A DNA stretch of 54,928 nt, from positions 1 through 54,928 of the IMG/VR virus record IMGVR_UViG_3300043409_000503; one strand, written 5' to 3'. Positions 52,985 to 54,928 of this stretch are shown one piece after another. This DNA is from a virus. Taxonomy: Duplodnaviria > Caudoviricetes. Made by a program: the position numbers and the translations under genes. The notes under the pieces were generated by a model that saw only the letters and a program-made list of their open reading frames with translations, was not told the DNA's origin and did not search any database. Every line of letters starts with the position of its first letter. Positions within the stretch are counted from its first letter, which is position 1.

Positions 52985-53205
52985 CATTTAGGGACTTGCG
53001 TTAAGAGCCCCTTAGCGACTTCCCTGTTCATCTCCGCAACAATCTTAACGCAGCGCTCATGCTCAGCCTTACGGGCTTTGATAGAGACGACGGCCTCAAT
53101 CTTCTTTGCATACTCTAGGACATCTACCTCGTTTGCGTAGATGCCGTTTGGGTCTTCGCTAGTGACGTAAAAGAATATTTGCTTTACTTCCTCTTTGCTT
53201 AGCAT
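52984..53205 (-). CDS. Hypothetical protein
   Basis: GAGG RBS; last gene of leftward operon. Confidence 0.7.
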   Translation of the reverse strand: MLSKEEVKQIFFYVTSEDPNGIYANEVDVLEYAKKIEAVVSIKARKAEHERCVKIVAEMNREVAKGLLTQVPK

Positions 53206-53212
53206 TGCTTCC

Positions 53213-53995
53213 TCACTCGTGATTGTTTTTAATTTGCCAGAACTCTAGGAGACGTAGGAACATTGACCAGCCCCTTAGAATGTCCCCCTCTGCCCACTCA
53301 TGGATAACGACTAGGCCTGGGTTATCTCGGCTAATAAAGACGTTCGCACAACGCGCCTCCGGCACCCCTAGACCGATCCGGTAGGCGGCTAGTTGCATGG
53401 CATGTTCTTCGTATGCCTCAACCTTGCTGCCGTCAGAGAACTCTTTTGTCTTAATATCAACGACAAGGCCGCTGTGGCCATTGCCGGCAGGTACGTACAG
53501 GTCGCACTTGCCGCCATAGCCTAGCTCGTGGGAGAAGGCACGCTCCGCTATCCACTCATGCACCCCTAGCTTGTCGGTGATGATGCGGTCACAGGCGTCT
53601 ACATGCTTAGCGTGCACGGGGTCAAAGGACTTCCCCTCATAGAACGACTGGGCACTAGCATGAATAGCCGTGCCCGCGTCTGCTGCACGCCTTCCCTGCT
53701 CCTTAGAGTCGGTGACGATACGGGAGATGTAATCGTCCTCCGTCTCCCCATCGGCCTTCGTTAAAGTAAGGGCGGCCATGAGCAACTGCTTCATTTTCCA
53801 AACATCTAAGCCGGGCTTAGCCATCACGTTAATGATGGTCGTCACCGACGGGACAAGGTTAAGCTTACGGGCATCCCGCAGGGTTGTGTAACGTTCCTTC
53901 CCGTTAACCCCAGTGGTTGTGTAAGCCGGCACCCCATCCCTTGTATACCAATGCCCAGATTCTGCGGCCCAGGTCTTTGCTGTGAGTGACATCAT
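53213..53995 (-). CDS. PD-(D/E)XK (Cas4/RecB-like) exonuclease
   Basis: PSVTTI, GTAIH, YGGKCDL, VDIKT, QLAAY. Confidence 0.88.
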   Translation of the reverse strand: MMSLTAKTWAAESGHWYTRDGVPAYTTTGVNGKERYTTLRDARKLNLVPSVTTIINVMAKPGLDVWKMKQLLMAALTLTKADGETEDDYISRIVTDSKEQGRRAADAGTAIHASAQSFYEGKSFDPVHAKHVDACDRIITDKLGVHEWIAERAFSHELGYGGKCDLYVPAGNGHSGLVVDIKTKEFSDGSKVEAYEEHAMQLAAYRIGLGVPEARCANVFISRDNPGLVVIHEWAEGDILRGWSMFLRLLEFWQIKNNHE

Positions 53996-54351
53996 TGATC
54001 CTTTTTGACAACACGAAGGACGCGTTGGGACCGTTTAGTGCCCCCCTTGCGACGTTCCCCGGTGTCCTCGATGTAACCCTTACGGATTAGCGGGGCGTAG
54101 CGGGGCGAGATGGTCTGTACCCCATGCATGGGTAGGGCACGGCAGATTTCGTCGCTTGTGCAGCCGTTTGGGTGCCTTGCGATGACCTCATAGACTAGCG
54201 CCTCAAGCTTGCCGGCTGTGAGCTTCTCAGTAGCCTCGTGGCTCGTGTCTGGGTCCGAGTTACGCCGCATCATATGAATTGGCGTCCCGAAGGCGTTTAG
54301 GACTGGTCCAGAGTTATCCACAGTTTTTTTCTTATTAGAAAGGAATATCAT
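53992..54351 (-). CDS. Winged-HTH-like protein (RNSDPDTSHEA)
   Basis: GCTSDEI...ISPRYAPLIRKGYI; ATG 54351 more plausible than 54486. Confidence 0.7.
   Translation of the reverse strand: MIFLSNKKKTVDNSGPVLNAFGTPIHMMRRNSDPDTSHEATEKLTAGKLEALVYEVIARHPNGCTSDEICRALPMHGVQTISPRYAPLIRKGYIEDTGERRKGGTKRSQRVLRVVKKDQ
54314..54322 (+). promoter_or_regulatory. Perfect DnaA box TTATCCACA
   Basis: Exact consensus; about 1.5 kb from the pair at 1078-1098 on the circular map. Confidence 0.4.
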
Positions 54352-54928
54352 CTTCAGCCTCAAAATCTTTTGGTTTCGCTGGAGCCTCTCCAGTAAGGCC
54401 TTGATACTCTTGTGAAGATTGAATGACTTTTCTCCAATAGGGAGACAGGCTGTCAAATACTTCCTGATCTGGTTCGTCAAGGTCATAACATTTAAGCTCG
54501 TTAATGCCGGTTGGCAGCTTGCCTTTTAGCTCCGGCGGAACTGCTGAGATATCTGAAAGGACGTTCTTTGGCTCCCCATTTTTCTTAATGATGGTTTTAA
54601 CGGAGATCATTGCCCAGGCGCCAAGTACGTTCTTTACTTCAAACTTTCGCTTTTCTGCTTCCGTAAAAGGACGCCCACGCCAGTTCTGCAGGTCTATAAA
54701 GAACGGCGCCTTTTCGTAGGTAGATGCGTTGTACATCTTATCAATGGACATCGGCTCACCGGTTTTTATCGTCAGCGGATTGCCTGCAAAATCTTTCCCA
54801 TGCACCTCAAACAGCAAGGCTATCTTATGTTTGTATTTGGTTTCACCAACAGTAAACAAATCTAATTGCATACCGCAGTCGATAACCTGGTAGCAGCGTG
54901 CTAGGTGCATGCCGACTGGCACTTCGAT
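54335..54928 (-). CDS. 3' part of SSB-like protein
   Basis: Acidic C-terminal EDDIPF tail typical of SSBs; adjacent to exonuclease. Confidence 0.75.
   Translation of the reverse strand: MEVPVGMHLARCYQVIDCGMQLDLFTVGETKYKHKIALLFEVHGKDFAGNPLTIKTGEPMSIDKMYNASTYEKAPFFIDLQNWRGRPFTEAEKRKFEVKNVLGAWAMISVKTIIKKNGEPKNVLSDISAVPPELKGKLPTGINELKCYDLDEPDQEVFDSLSPYWRKVIQSSQEYQGLTGEAPAKPKDFEAEDDIPF
54708..54928. repeat. Terminal direct repeat, right copy
   Basis: Matches 1-221 with 2 mismatches. Confidence 0.97.

Noticed and set aside
53213-53995. Cas4 as part of a CRISPR system
   Set aside because: Stand-alone PD-(D/E)XK exonuclease near SSB in a recombination operon, common in phages; no array.
1-54928. 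Apparent abundance of GTTAAC and CTAG words
   Set aside because: Impression by eye only; cannot be supported without a Markov-corrected k-mer count.

Overview
The window is an essentially complete, circularly permuted genome of a tailed dsDNA phage. The unit length is about 54,707 bp, because bases 1-221 recur at 54708-54928 with two synonymous differences. The architecture is podovirus-like: P22/Sf6-type small and large terminase and portal, GroES-like co-chaperonin, scaffold, major capsid, head-tail adaptor, fibres, tail nozzle and ejection proteins with a lytic transglycosylase. No tape measure, integrase, CI repressor, DNA polymerase or tRNA was recognised. Replication and recombination are lambdoid-style: Cro-like HTH, DUF1376-type initiator containing two perfect DnaA boxes, primase-type Zn finger, DnaB-like helicase, RusA, SSB-like protein and PD-(D/E)XK exonuclease. 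Five things stand out. (1) A tail-region island (29.3-38.8 kb) holds four 7-bladed RCC1-repeat proteins around a sulfotransferase-TPR-GT9-like fusion. It is followed by APS kinase and ADP-heptose pathway enzymes (HldC-, HldA- and HldD-like, plus a cupin), making it a candidate virion heptosylation/sulfation system. The RCC1 part is a tandem duplication bounded by an exact 13-bp direct repeat. (2) A [FYML]xxGG motif recurs across several virion-region proteins and separates modules, suggesting polyprotein processing. (3) An ejection protein carries tandem TonB-box-like repeats. (4) A ~400-nt highly structured non-coding leader lies between a consensus sigma70 promoter and the terminase genes. 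(5) An array of small early genes is joined by conserved boundary repeats. All family assignments come from motif recognition by eye, not database searches.
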